From Tubiluchus corallicola (lineage: Eukaryota; Animalia; Priapulida), in assembly GCA_030141605.1 (NCBI GenBank), contig JAQGDQ010000143.1, positions 62,001 through 126,000 on the forward strand: a stretch of DNA of 64,000 nt, read 5' to 3'. Of this stretch, positions 1 through 13,578 are shown one piece after another. Under the pieces are notes generated by a model. It saw nothing but the letters and a program-made list of their open reading frames with translations. It made no database searches and was not told the origin of the DNA. The position numbers and the translations under genes are program-made. Position 1 is the stretch's first letter. Each line of letters starts with the position of its first letter.

Positions 1-903
1 AAAAACAAGGACAATTTTAAAAGTAGAAAAAATATCGTTAAGTTTGTAAAAAACAAAAACGAATTTCCTTTGGACCATAATTTATATTTTCCTGAACTTC
101 TGTCACCAATGAGCTCATTCTTGTTGAATGAAAATGTGCATGGTCCGTGTAAGACCGAATTATTTTGTTTGTGGAACTTTTGCATTTAAAAGTCATTCAT
201 CCATTATATTGAAATAAAAGTAGGCTAAGAAAATTAAATTAAAAATAAACTAGTTCGGGCAACAATACATAATTGTAGATGATTGCTATGAACATGGGAA
301 TCAGGCTGGATATAAATGAACGAACAATTAAAATAAAATATGAGTCTCAGAATTTTTAGATGACAGAGGCAGTAATTAATCTTTCTACAGAATGAGTTAT
401 GTACATGATGACTGTATTGCTGAACAGGTGGTTTGATTTTTACATAAGACTAAGTGTTCTCTTTGGACCATTTACTGTGAAAATTTTTTCCTAAGCGAAT
501 CATCCTGTCTTGTGAGTGTGGAGGCAACAGAAGTGCGACTTGCGCTGGTGGATCCGGATTCATATATGACATGTTGCCCTAATAAATTAAGCGGTTCTAA
601 ATGCCAAGACGCTGCAAGTTCTTAACGTATGGCATGTACACAATATAATATTGATCTTTATAATGAAAAATATCAGGCAACAATTTTCATGGAGGTAATG
701 GCTTTTAGCTAAAATTTCATTCTGTGAAATGTGGTGTTAAGTGAGTCTAAAGTCTGTGGATATTATATTGAAACTATGTATAGTCGATTAATTGCACCCC
801 TTTTCTGTCTTGTAAGAAATGTTCTGTTCTTGCTCGCCGTCCATGGTTGACCATTGATAAACATCTTGGATTAGCATGAGTCCTTCACGGCATGCTAGTG
901 GGC

Positions 904-908
<5 letters not shown>

Positions 909-976
<68 letters not shown>

Positions 977-1018
977 AGGGAGGGAGGGAGAGGAGGAGGA
1001 GGAGGAGAGGGAGGGATG
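909..1018. repeat. (AG)n microsatellite followed by a GGGA/GGA purine tract
   Basis: Directly visible dinucleotide run; it explains the RE-repeat and SL-repeat ORFs. Confidence 0.95.
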
Positions 1019-3988
1019 GAGGGGTAACTCTACATTCCAAGTAATTTCATTACACAACAGCAAAACAGAATTTGCAATCCATAGCCCATGATCATTAATT
1101 AGGTGTTTCAAAACAAAAGTGAACATAACTACCTTCATCCCCACTGCAAATAAAATACAGCATATGCAGTAACTTACTAGTCCAAAATGATGTAGGTCTG
1201 CAGAATTAAGGATTATAAGGACTGAGAATATAATTTAATAAAATACTCGATATTAGCATTTAAGCAGAATACTCTTTTTAAATACCAAATAGGCCTAAAT
1301 AAGTAGGGGGCGTACTTTATTCACTACTTTTTTTCACTATAATGACATTGCAAGTCTGAATGTTCTAAAAAAAAATTCTGCATGTGGTATTAAATTTTTG
1401 GTTGATTGAAAAATTTTTTCGTTTACACTTGCTTAATGTTTATCCACACTTTCTCAACTTCGTCTGAGGGAAATGTATTCAGTAAGTACTCGCTTATCTT
1501 CACCTCACTTAGCTACGTTTCGTTTCAACGACGTAAATTTTTTCACACTTTTTACTTAATGTCCCATGTTTTGTTTTAACGATGTTTTTTTTCACATTTA
1601 TTTATGCACTTAATCTTGTTTACTACACTTGCGCTGTATAAATGAAGCCCAATACCTAACCTAGATCAGAGTATGATTATTATTATTTGCCCAACTAAAT
1701 TGGTAGCAGGTAGCCAGACCACGATGATTCATTGTTTCTCACCTTTGGACAAAATTTCTCTATTTGACAAAACATTCTCATAATACTTAGTTAATTGCTA
1801 CGTTCACCTCATTTGCATTGTAGCTGTGGCTAAGAGAGAAAACGACCTTGATAGTGAGCACAACTTTAAAGTAAGACGGAACATCGTAAATGCCATGCAG
1901 TGTGAAGATGCTGGGTGAAAAAAGTGAAAAAAATCTAAGCAACAAACCTTAGATTTTTGTGAAAAGTCAAAGGAGAAAGGGAGGAAAAATGGCGGAAGGA
2001 ACCAAAGGAGGAGGGACCATGTTGCAAATTTAGGTTTTAGTTTCACACTTTAGTTACTCATTTGCTTTTCATGTGTTTCATAAATTTCGGTTTCGGTTTG
2101 TAAATTCTGTTTCGGTAACATCCCTGAAATTTGAAATAAACCGGTTTTCCACAAAACCGATTTATTTTAAGATCATTTAAAATTTGTTCAAAGAAAAACA
2201 AGGGAGTATTTCGAGATTTCAAAGTATAAAATTTTTTCTTTATTTCACGTAAAATTTGCGACACTAACATCTTGCATCAGTAGACAAATGAGAAAACGAT
2301 CGTGAGAGGTGCATTAAAGTTTAATTTAAGATGATAAAAATTATTAGCCATAAGTGATAACAAACTGAGTCTGTAACAAACTTATTTATTACAGGTTTTA
2401 CAACTACATTTACTTAGATAATGTTGTAAAATCTAGGATAAATGACTGCAAGTTTGTGTAACTCTGAGTGTTTGTGTTTGAGACAGGTCCAAAACAGAAC
2501 AGTGATAGAAAATAGACTAACCAAGTAAGTACTAACAAATACAAACTAATTTACCAATCACATAACATTGGTAGCACTTTCCGTACATCATAGAATGGTT
2601 GCCAGCTGTAACATGTGCCATTTTTATATGTGACTGTGACAGTTTTGGTGAGAAGCAAATTTGTCTGTTTTGTTTTAACAATATTCACTTCTTTGTGCAA
2701 AAACTTGTTTATCCAAAGCGGAAGATTGTCGCACAACAAAGAGGTTGTCTGTGACCTTGGACAGAACAGCCGTGGTTTCTTATTCCTATCTGTAATCATG
2801 TTCAGTTTCAGCCAAAACTGTTATAATACGTAACTCATGTAAGTGCCAGCTTTATGTGCACTGGAAAGTCCGTCCCGCTCATCTTGTCACTGAACGGTAG
2901 TAAGAAAATGTCATCAAATGGGCGATGCACTTCAGGCGAGGTGTTTCTATTGAACTGTTTGAAGCAAAAAGCTTTATAAAATCATTAAATAACCGTGAAT
3001 CTTATGAACTAATTACAAAAATTATAAGGATGTCTAAATAATTTTTTGTTGCTGCTCATTGCCTAATTTGATCTATCTGCCTTTTCAAATATATTATTTA
3101 TTGGAAAATTATAAGAAAGATACGATTTAAATACATTCACATTAGACTTTTCTGAGAGTACAGATAAAATTGAAAATTTGAAAACTTGTAATTCCTATAA
3201 ATGTTCTTCTTTTATTTTTAATGGTCTTACTTTAGTACCATGTCAACCAGCTAACAACAGTCGTGGATGCTACTAACATATATACGCAAGCCATTCCGGC
3301 AAAATGTTAACATAGTTTTTGCACTATTTTTATACTCGGTTATTTACATTTCTTTGCATAATCTTCATGCAGGAACAATTGAAAACTTCCCACTCATTAA
3401 ATGTCTTGGGGTTGAGTTTGACTCCATGTATCAGTGCAATACCGCGGGTATCCTGGAAAAGCAAACTATGTCTATTGGTCTTTAGATTGAACGTTTAAAT
3501 ACTGTATACTGTATGGTGCACCACTTGACGCACAGATGCAGTACTTTTTCTATATTATTTATGTGTAAAAAACAACATTCTGGAAAGCTGGAATAAACAG
3601 TTAACTAAACTGATTAATATGTCATTTGCTGTTTAATTTTTGAAAAGTTGAGGTGGAACGTTTTGCTTGGGTAAGTCTTGTTGAACGTTATGTGAAATAA
3701 CTTAGAAAAATTGTTGATTTGAATCAAAATGTTTTTATTATGGACCTAAAATGGCACACAGCTATCTCTAGATACAACTACAAACCGTATACTATAGAAT
3801 TCTTGCTCAAATTTTTATTCAAACATAATTCTATTTAAAGTAACGATTTTATTATTTGTTAAAGAATTGCCAGACCATTACTTTCATTACCTTACATTGT
3901 TTTTAGTTCATTGAACATTCATTTTTCAGTTCACACGAATTTTTAAGAAAATCATGTATTAACACTTGGCTCAGTTTAGCATCTCACC

Positions 3989-6250
3989 TTACACATCTAC
4001 TTTGCAGCATAGAACAGCATCATGATTAGTGGGAAATAAATGAGATTTTGAAACTTTACCAAAAAATTTCATTTCATCCAATGTAGAAATTAGACGTTCA
4101 TGACAGTGTGTTAGGAATGCCATCACGCCAATTTCTGCATAATCAATAATAACTTGCTTTAGTGCCATCATTCCAGGATGATCAATCATACATATCAACG
4201 AGCAGTCGATAATTATATATTTTGTTGACAAATACATAGTCTCATCTTCTTTCGCATTGTTAGGTATGTCTCCTTTTTCATTGTTCAGGGTTATATTGGA
4301 TGTTTCATTTACAGCACTGAGTGGTTGATCTTGCGTAGGTGACATGCCCATTTTTCCTGTGTTACCTGCTGTGCTAGCTTTCTTCAGTAACTTGTTTCGT
4401 TTCATTTTTACCAATTTTGGATCTATATCAGTCATCTTGTACAGTTTTGTTTTGAAAAATTCTGCATTTGCGTAATATAAACAACTTTCAAAGCGAAATA
4501 TTTGTACGCCAGGTATTGTTTCTGCATTAGGATAGACACTTTTGTCACAATAAAGATTGGTTGTTGGTATACGACCTAGCAAAACCGCATGTGAATATTG
4601 CGTACGCACAATTACACAAAGCATGGAAAATACCACACCAGCAATTAAGCCAGTATGCACTTCAAGAAAAACTACGCACAAGTATGTAACTAGCCATACA
4701 AAGCAGTCTGTTCGACTTTCTCTCCAGAGCTTCATTGGTTCTTTGTAATTGTCAAGTGTATTCTTTAGAGCAATGAGAATAATTGCTGCAAGGACAGCAT
4801 TAGGCAGAGCTTCTAACAATGGTCCAAGAGCTAACAGAATAATCAGAAGTAATAACGCTGCTATAACACCTGCAATCTGAGTTTTTCCACCTAGTGAATC
4901 CTGGAGTATACTTCTGGAGAACGATGCTGCACTAGCAAAGCCTTGAAACATGGAGCATACAATAGAATCTACACCGAGTGCTAACAGTTCTTGATTGGGA
5001 TCTGTTTGATAGCCATGTTTTTTCCCATAATTTTTTGCTATGGAAATAGTAAGAGCAAAAGCAATAATTGCTATTACTAAACCATCTACAGCTACTGTTC
5101 GTATGAGTGATGCAGGTGGCAAGCTTGGTGGAGGTATTCCTGTTGGAATATATTCCAGGATATCAATATCAAACTTTCCGTTAAAATCAAATGCAGCAGA
5201 AAAACCTGTTACCACAACAACCAAAATGAAGTCAATAGGAATGGGAATCTTCATTTTTTTCTTGTATCGTTTATTGATGCATTCTTTTACCAAGTACAAA
5301 ACTAGCATGCTGCTTAATCCAACTACTAGTTCTGGAATTTTGGTCTCTGGCAACTTGCGACAGATTTCAATTATCGATTTAATGAGCTTAAAGGGTCCTT
5401 GATATTTTGTTATCTTCAACCCAAGAATACGTTTAACTTGAGACACCATGATGTGTAACACAGCTCCAGTCATGAAACCCTCAATGAGAGGATCAGAGAG
5501 GTATAGTGTTATGAAGCCAAGGTGCAAAATGCTCATCCCTATTTGCACAAAACCAGCCACTAAGCTTACAGCTGTGGCAACCATAACATCTCCTGTTATA
5601 ACTGGAATTGGAATTTGGACTGGTACAGGGGGTAATCCGGTCAAATTTTCCGCTGGAACTTCACTTAGGTTTGTAGAAATTGTCAGGTTAGTCAACGTGT
5701 CATTGCCTTCAGGATTTTCTGGTGGTGAAGAATACTTGAGCAAATACCCAGGGACACTTTCTCCGTATGTGTCTACAACTGCCCCGGTCATGAGACAAAT
5801 GATGGCAACAGGTGCCACGTTAATCTGTTTAGATGTGCCAAATATGAAATATACCAGCATCGAGAAAAACCCAGTGTACAAGCCATGTATTGGAGGTAAG
5901 CTTGCAAGCTGTGAGTAAGCCATTGCTTGTGGTATTAGCAAGATGGCTACTGTCATTCCAGCCAGTATGTCTGAAATTAAGTATTCTTTTAATTTGTACT
6001 TTCGAAGCCATTCTACACATGGCACGAGAGACAATGTCATCTGGCAACATTTTTTCACCCCTTTCTTTTGACCGATACAACATGGAAAGCATGATTGTCC
6101 ACACTGATGTATGCGTTGTTTAATAGTCTTTTCCTGATGTTCTGCTTGGGGATATTTGATTTCAAAAGTGTCTTGACTGTACACTGCCCTTCGCACACAA
6201 TATTTGCTGTCTTCATCATCATCATCTTCCAAGCCAAACTGGTCATTTTC
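3989..6250 (-). CDS. SLC26-family anion transporter (prestin/pendrin-like), main coding exon of ~753 codons
   Basis: 747-aa ORF with SLC26 motifs DILAGMTVAILLIPQAMAYSQLA, GLYTGFFSMLVYFIFGTSKQI, DPNQELLALG, ASFSRS and GGKTQIAG, plus a STAS domain (IFRFESCLYYANAEFF...IIIDCSLICMID). The frame extends upstream (ENDQFG) to a phase-0 acceptor ttttctacag at 6251, so the ATG lies in an upstream exon. Confidence 0.93.
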   Translation of the reverse strand, partial: ENDQFGLEDDDDEDSKYCVRRAVYSQDTFEIKYPQAEHQEKTIKQRIHQCGQSCFPCCIGQKKGVKKCCQMTLSLVPCVEWLRKYKLKEYLISDILAGMTVAILLIPQAMAYSQLASLPPIHGLYTGFFSMLVYFIFGTSKQINVAPVAIICLMTGAVVDTYGESVPGYLLKYSSPPENPEGNDTLTNLTISTNLSEVPAENLTGLPPVPVQIPIPVITGDVMVATAVSLVAGFVQIGMSILHLGFITLYLSDPLIEGFMTGAVLHIMVSQVKRILGLKITKYQGPFKLIKSIIEICRKLPETKIPELVVGLSSMLVLYLVKECINKRYKKKMKIPIPIDFILVVVVTGFSAAFDFNGKFDIDILEYIPTGIPPPSLPPASLIRTVAVDGLVIAIIAFALTISIAKNYGKKHGYQTDPNQELLALGVDSIVCSMFQGFASAASFSRSILQDSLGGKTQIAGVIAALLLLIILLALGPLLEALPNAVLAAIILIALKNTLDNYKEPMKLWRESRTDCFVWLVTYLCVVFLEVHTGLIAGVVFSMLCVIVRTQYSHAVLLGRIPTTNLYCDKSVYPNAETIPGVQIFRFESCLYYANAEFFKTKLYKMTDIDPKLVKMKRNKLLKKASTAGNTGKMGMSPTQDQPLSAVNETSNITLNNEKGDIPNNAKEDETMYLSTKYIIIDCSLICMIDHPGMMALKQVIIDYAEIGVMAFLTHCHERLISTLDEMKFFGKVSKSHLFPTNHDAVLCCKVDV

Positions 6251-7839
6251 CTGTAGAAAAAATAAACAAATGTTAATCTAGGGATTTAAACCACGAGTAT
6301 AGGCTATCCATAAGTGGGTGCCATTATTTCCATCCCCTGACGCCAGAAAAATATCATTACTGTCAGCTTATTCAAGTTGGAAACTTGTTTTTGCAAATGC
6401 TGGGCCCTGGAAATTTTTCGCTCATAAAATTAATGTGAAAATTATGACAATAATGTTAGTCTCGAGGCAGCAAGATCAGAATAGTCAATTTGAAAATGTG
6501 TGCCATTTTATTTTGAAGAGGGCAGAAAAAAGCTTTCATTGCAGAAACTACTAAAATTTCTTCATGAATTATTTAAGAACTTTTAAGCTTAGTGTTGGAC
6601 TAATTACTTCACAGTCAATTTATGATGTCATTAATCAAGTGCCACTCATTTAGTACAACTCATTACTGACACATGGTGTTAAGTTTGTAAAACAACACAG
6701 TTCAGCGGATTTTTAAACTTGATAAACTATAAAGTGCAAACAAAATCAAAATGAAGTTTTTAAATAGAAACTAATATTGTGTGTTTGTTTATTTTCTGAC
6801 TTTGCTGCCTTTTGTGGCCCTCTGGTGGTTAATGGCAGCCCACTTATAGGCGGATTTCAAATTGAGTTAAAAAAATATACATAGTGGCAACAGGATTGTT
6901 AATTTATCTGTGCTTTCCTATTTGGCTTTAGTAAATACGTAGAGAGATATCAGTCTGGTTTTCTTGTTCGTTTTCAAAAATTGGCATGTTTAAAAAACAC
7001 ACATGAGATCTCATTCAGTTCTACAAAATGCTGTGTTGCCATGCCATGTACTGTTTTTTCATGCTAGTTTTTGCTTGAAGTTTCTATTAAGGAAATGTTT
7101 AGTGACATCTGTTAAACTGAAACAAACAAACCTAAAAGAAGTGTCATGTTGTTTTGAGAGCATTTTGATGTGCTCTTTTGCATGTTTTTTCTGACTGTGA
7201 TTCTGGGCTTGTGATGTGATTATGCGAGTCACCTGGCTCACCTTGGCATTAGCAATTTTTCTCCTGTGTACATTGTTGTTTGTATTGAGGCAAAATCCAG
7301 TTCTGCTAGAAAAGATACGTTTCTCCATTTGTCAAACACCTGATCTTTATCCTTGGTATGTTAGTTTAGCTTTATAAATAGTTTTTAACCCGATTTATCA
7401 CGTATATAGGTGCAATACATACGTTGGAGACTTTAGTTTTAAGTTAGTGTTCATACTTTTTGAAAAGATTTTTGTTACTCAGGGACTGCAGTTTTAATGT
7501 AAACAGTTTCATTTGTCTAATTTATGCAGTATTATAACAATGAAAATACTGCATTACAAACTTATTTTACTCAGCATTAGAAATAACTTCTGGGTGATAA
7601 TAGGGTAGATTTTTTTGTTCAACTGTACTTTAGGCACATTCTTCTTGCTTTTGCCTAATTGGTATGCATCCTATAATTATATTGTGGTTAATGCAAATCG
7701 AACAGAGTCTTGCAGCTTTGAAATCAAAATTTTAAAAATAAATCCTGTGCTGCGGTGCTGTTACAGAATCTGCACGAAAAACGTATTGAGTACTTAAATA
7801 AAAGTCCATTAAATCGCTAACTTTTGCAATAGTAAAATT

Positions 7840-8600
7840 TATAAATTTACAAGGGTGTTGTCATATTTGTGTCGTTTTCTAATACGTAAGATCTTTAGGG
7901 ATTTACCTACAAAGAGATCTGCAAGCTGGTTGAGGACTTTAGGCACTAAGTTACAAAAAGATCTGGTTAAGTCTTGCCTTCTGTCCAATGACTGCACCAT
8001 GGACGGTCTTAATGGCTTCAAGATTTTTTGCTTCCTGACTGAAGTTTGACTAACTGACCACTGTGAATGCCGGCCGTTGACTAGTCATGTGCCAAGTTAG
8101 GTCAAACGTTGAGCTACTGAAGTTCAGTAAAATTCATGGCATGGCTTATAATAACACATTCCTTGGTTGGGCACACTGGAAGCCGATGTTCAGAACCCAA
8201 CAGCATTGCTGCTTCGTGTTTGGTAGCAATGTTTCAGGAACAGCTTGTATAAATAGCTGTTTGAACTCGAACTCCTGTTATAAACAGTTAAACCCCTGCT
8301 TGTACTGTGACATCCCCGTTGCTTGTATCTGTTGTGTGGCACGTAGAATGTAGCTTAAAAAACTAGTGAAATCGGCATTGGTCGCATTGCAAGCTTTTTC
8401 GTTTGCATGGAGGTTAATTTTGAAAGACTGTTGTTCTGAGCTCTGACAAAGCTATCAATAATTTTCTGGGAAAATGAGCGCAGCTTTCTCTCGATACTAT
8501 ATTGTTTAATATATAGAGAGTACGGCCTGTTTTGTAGTTGTTTCCTAACTTTCTTTGTATGTTGCGAATCGTGCAATATTGATGACAACAATTTAAATAT
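7840..8600 (-). mobile_element. Possible highly decayed LINE ORF2 C-terminal remnant
   Basis: Minus-strand peptides HTKKVRKQLQNRPYSL...SFSQKIIDS and SFCNLVPKVLNQL loosely resemble the C-terminus of L2/CR1-type reverse transcriptases. Confidence 0.3.
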
Positions 8601-10216
8601 TACTGATAGAAACTACATATTAGAAACAATCACGTTGAAATCACTTAGGCTGAAATACAAAAAAACAATCGTTGTTATAACTCGGTTTATTTAGCGATTT
8701 AATGTGAAAGTTTACATTGCTGATTTTGGGTTGTACGCAGCTGACGATAATGTAACGCTACAGCAATGATCAACAAGTTTACAGAACCTGCATTATTGTT
8801 CTGTTTATCATATACAGTTATATTTTCTTTAAAAATATGTAGCTAGTAACGAGCTGCCGTATGGTTTATTTTGTTCAAAAGCATTTGGGGGACGGTGCTA
8901 AAAGCTAGAACAGCGACTTAGACACGTTTTGCTGCAGATCTCGGCTTCTCCAGTGTTGTGCAGTAGTTAATGCTATTAAATTGATTGTCATACTGCTGTA
9001 TAATGCTACTGTCAGACTCATACCTGGAGTGGCTCCAACTCGATTGGCATAATGGCACGATTAGTACTCGTTTGTCACTTCACTGCAAATGCTGCATCTG
9101 TCTTTCTTTAACACTTTCGTTACTGAAATACGCTTATACAGTGCGGCTTGGTCGTCTGAACTTTGTGACTTTTATCGTGTTTTACGGTCTCGCGCACTAT
9201 ATGGTCTTTGCTATTAAAACAAGTTTTGGCTACATAAATCATATGCTGTCACATTTCTGGCGACTCAAGCTTTACCTCAACAGCAGCAGCTGCACACTAG
9301 AACTTTTTTAAGCAGCGTATAGTTCTTGCACGTGTGAGATTCTTAGGTTACGCATGCGCACATCGTGTAGTATTTCTCGTTTTCAGCTTTTCAAGTTTTA
9401 AGTCCGTGTATTGAATTAGACAAGTGAATTAAAATTACATGTATTGCTCTGCTATGCGCCTGCACACACTTCCTGTATTATAAAACTTTGTAGACTTTTC
9501 TTGTATGTAATTTTGTAATTTTTTACTTAATATTGATAACAAACTGCAACTTGTGTGTACATTTTTTAACCTTAATTTTTTGAGGTTTGAAAGCCTACTG
9601 TTCATGAACACTGTTTTAACTGTTAACAATTTTATTAAAATTGTCTATAAAATTTTAGTTTAAAGTTTTGGTTTTAACACTTATTACTTATTTACATGAG
9701 TTTTTATCATGCGTCTGTGACCTGTATGATTGTATTATTTTTTCTTTCGCTATTCGGTATTCATAATAGAAAGTAATGTAATGTGCAAGTGACTTGTAGG
9801 TAGTTTCATTTTGCTAGAAGAGTTCTGTAACTACACAGAGATGTCTGTGATCATCACTTTTTAATCACATAAATAATTATGGAACTGTATGGAGACTTCA
9901 GTGATCGTCATTCTTTAATGAGATTTGACATAAGTAAATAAACTAAAATATAACCACGAAAATAGTATTCGTTACATCAGTCATGTTGTAATCGTGAAAC
10001 CTGTCTTAATGCCACCACGTTTTGGAAAAGGTCTTGTAAAAATTCTCATATTATACTAATATTAATTTTAGTGTTAGATGTCCTCTTGACCTCTTGGGTA
10101 GTCGTCAGAATTTTTTTGCTGTTACTATAAATTTTCCCCATAGGATCTAGTGGATATAAATGCACGGGTGACTAAGTCTGGCGTTTTCGTATCTTGATCT
10201 AGTGTAAAACACTCAC

Positions 10217-10231
10217 ACCTGGCTCTTCCAT
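10217..10231 (-). CDS. Candidate first coding micro-exon (MEEPG) of the SLC26 gene
   Basis: ATG GAA GAG CCA GGT followed by a consensus GTGAGT donor, phase 0 matching the 6251 acceptor, with an in-frame stop upstream. Inference only. Confidence 0.3.
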
Positions 10232-11242
10232 CACTAATTGGGGAGGTTATCTCTGAAGATCTATTAACCCACACTTTTAGGGGGGAATCCAATCAAAACA
10301 GGACAGGAGGAGTAGGCTTGGGAGGTGAGATCAGGCAGCAGCAGCAGCACTTGCTGTGCCAGAGCAATTTTTTATAATTATGACCAGACAGGGCCTTTTT
10401 CATGTCACGTTCGAAAACTAGACCATATGTAGAATTGTATAGCCATAATATAAATGGGTAAATAGATGGTCTAGGTCAGAAAAATATGAAGTCAAACAAA
10501 AGTCATTTATGGCTCATGTGTAAAGTGGCAAACTGTACATGGCAGATTGGATCTTAGTACATGTGCGCTTACAGTTATGTTGCTGCTTCCCAAGTGAGCA
10601 GTCACTTGATTATCTTACTAGATTTCTCATAAAGCCTGTTTAGCTGTTGTTCTCAGTTTGTACTGGAAGATTACTGAAACTTGTTTTTGTTGAACGTTCT
10701 AATGTCTGCTTCTTTACTACATTAAGGGGATTTAAAACAAAATGCCTGTAACAAGTTAGAAAATTTTGTTCCATTATGATCATGTCTTTTAATCTGCCTT
10801 TGAGGGTATGCTTCCAGTTAGTGAAATCTGTTGCATTTATTATTAAAACATATTTTTGCTTAACAACTCAGGCGTACACAAAGAAATTATTTTCTTCTTA
10901 AATACTCGGACACGTTACTAGTAGGAATCCAGTACTTAGCACCAAAAAGCGAGACCTATTTACTAATGCTGAATAACTGCAGCAGGACAAGAATGTTACC
11001 TATCTCATTGTCAGAGATAATCCAGTATTAATCATCTAACCATAACTTTTTAACATATTGAAAAGCCGTCGTTGCTTTAGTCATATGTGCACACATCCCC
11101 CAATGAGAAGTAACTCTGAGGCTATATGGCGGGCGAAATCACTCAAGCAATTTACTACCAGTCACGCAATTGTTTGCTATCCATTTTTAGCACTGCCTAG
11201 CGTAGTGCTAATTGTAGGTGTGATTGCGTAAGTGCCCATTGC

Positions 11243-11330
11243 CATTACTCACCTATTCCCTCAGCCCACTGAGGACAGAGTTTCAGCGATTACTCACCTA
11301 TTCCCTCAGTCCACTGAGGACATAGTTTCA
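11243..11330. repeat. 45-bp direct duplication (ATTACTCACCTATTCCCTCAG.CCACTGAGGACA.AGTTTCA)
   Basis: Two adjacent near-identical copies visible. Confidence 0.85.
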
Positions 11331-13038
11331 ACACCAGCTAATCAGAATATGTGCAACAACTGCATAATAATTAATGTTCTCCTATTTTTTCAAACTTGTA
11401 AAAATGCTACGACGGGGATTTTATAGAGGCAGGTTACAAGTGTTAGAGGACCTAACATGCGTTACTAAATTTGTCTAACTATCATTTTGGTGAATTGAAT
11501 GTACATACGTGCTTTGCTTTACGAATTCTATGTGTTTGTAGTGCTACTTAATTATCTTTTTTCTATCTTTCATCTGGGGATAAATTTTTAGCTTTTTGAT
11601 CGTGACTTTGATAGAAGCATGACTGCACAGTAACAGGTTTTTCCATTTTCTGATTTCAATGGTCTACTACTCAAATGTCATATCACATGAATTTGCCAAA
11701 ATTAACGTTTTCGTACCCACACACTGTATAATAAAACTATTTTTTTGCTCAATAGGTGGTGATTGTTGTCGCTGTGTTTTCTTTTTCTAACTGTAAATTC
11801 AGTAAAATATGCCAGATCTTTCAGTCTGTTAGCATTTAAATATGGAACTTTATCCTATAAATGTTCTGTAATAGAAATCTAGCGTATTACAGAGAGAATA
11901 TGTGGGAGTCCATTGAACACGTTTGACCTTGAAGGTCAGTATGCTTTTCTGCATATCAAGCACGTTGTATTTATTGCCAAACCCACAGAACCTGTTAGAT
12001 CGTTTATTACATCTCAGCAAATAGTTCAGTGCTTATCTAGTATCCACTGATAGTTGACTAAAGTTTATTAGCTCAGCAGTTTACACAATTTGAATTTCAT
12101 ATATCATTTTATATACCTTGAAATTGCGTTCGTTTTTTGCATGGTAATGGCAGTCACGGTTCACTCTTCTGTGTATTTGTATTACAGCATTTATTTGCAA
12201 TGAAATATTTAACAGAAGTGCAGAACTTTGATTAACTTGCATTATGGTATTTGGTCAAAATACTGTGTAAAACGCAAATATACAGTATTTGTTGTACATT
12301 GTACCATTTACCAGGATCTGGTTTAGTTAAACAAGGCATCTCAATTGTGATAGATCTTTTTGACAAAATTTAATAAGTTTAGGTTCTCGATGGTTTGTTT
12401 TACGAGTTTGCGATACCATGTTTATCAGCAAGAAATTGATCATGTTGCCTTCCCGCGATGTCTTGTGCTATTTATGTTCCAAACATTGATAAATACAAAA
12501 ATTGAATGTCATGTTTAAAATAGGAAGTATCTTATTACTTCAAAATATTTTTATCATAAAACAATGTTTTTAATAAATTAAGGTTCATAATGAACAATGA
12601 TTTTCCAAGGCTTCCATGGTCTATTATTGCTGTAAATGCATTTATGCAACACAAATTTTTAATGAAATAACTGCTCTTGCTAGCCAATTAAGAAAGTAAA
12701 AAAGTTTAAATCGCTGGATACTTTTTCGTCTTGTCAAGACCATTGCAGCCACTATCTTGTTAGTTGTTATTTAAGGCTAACAATAATTTTAATCACAATC
12801 AATATAAATATTTTGTCAGTAATGCCAAGGTAACAAGGATCTGTAACAGCAACATCTTTAGTATCAAAAATGTTTTTGTTTTTAATTAAAAATGTCTGCA
12901 TGTCCATTGAGTTTCAAACAGCTGACAAATGTTGCGACTATTATCACACACATTTGCCATGAAGATTGTTCATGAAGTGATTATTACCATTGTAAATTAT
13001 GACTTTGATCTATGTTGTGACACTGTAGTACAATAGGT

Positions 13039-13040
<2 letters not shown>

Positions 13041-13091
<51 letters not shown>

Positions 13092-13167
13092 GTCTCTGTC
13101 TCTGTCTCTGTCTCTGTCTCTGTCTCTGTCTCTGTCTCTGTCTCTGTCTCTGTCTCTGTCTCTGTCT
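13041..13167. repeat. (TC)n plus (TCTCTG)n compound microsatellite
   Basis: Directly visible. Confidence 0.95.
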
Positions 13168-13578
13168 TTCTCGCTCGCCTCTGCCTTTCTCGCTGTTGCC
13201 GCTGCCTGGCTGGCTGACTGACTGTCTGACCTAACTGACTTGTTTGCATGTTTCCCAACTTTTCTTTTCTTTCAATTAATGTTAGAATTAGAATTATACA
13301 CTTGTAAACTGTTTTTTATGTTTAAAGCTAACTAAATGTTACTGTGAAGGAATGCTGATGTTTAACCAACGACAAATTTGTTTTCACTTCTCAACCAATC
13401 AAAATCAGTTTTCATTTAGCGTAAACTTTGTTCTTTGTTAATGACAATGACTAAATATTCACTTCTGTTGTGGCTTAATTTACATGTAATAAAAGATTGT
13501 TGCTTACAAGCTACAAGGTGGAAGTATGTACAGGAAATTTCCATTTGAACTTCATTGATTATCATTGTTATTTTTTAG

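Noticed and set aside
788-1144. ORFs with RE/SL repeats
   Set aside because: Translation of the (AG)n microsatellite.
2085-2165. TTCGGT/AAACCG repeats suggesting a DNA transposon end
   Set aside because: Could not define termini or a target-site duplication.
2551-2960. GC-richer stretch with short ORFs on both strands
   Set aside because: No KH-like or other recognisable peptide and no convincing splice-site pair.
4557-6123. Plus-strand ORFs of 63-156 aa
   Set aside because: Antisense shadows of the SLC26 coding exon with no recognisable motifs.
13010-13258. ORFs with ET/LC repeats
   Set aside because: Translation of the (TC)n/(TCTCTG)n microsatellite.
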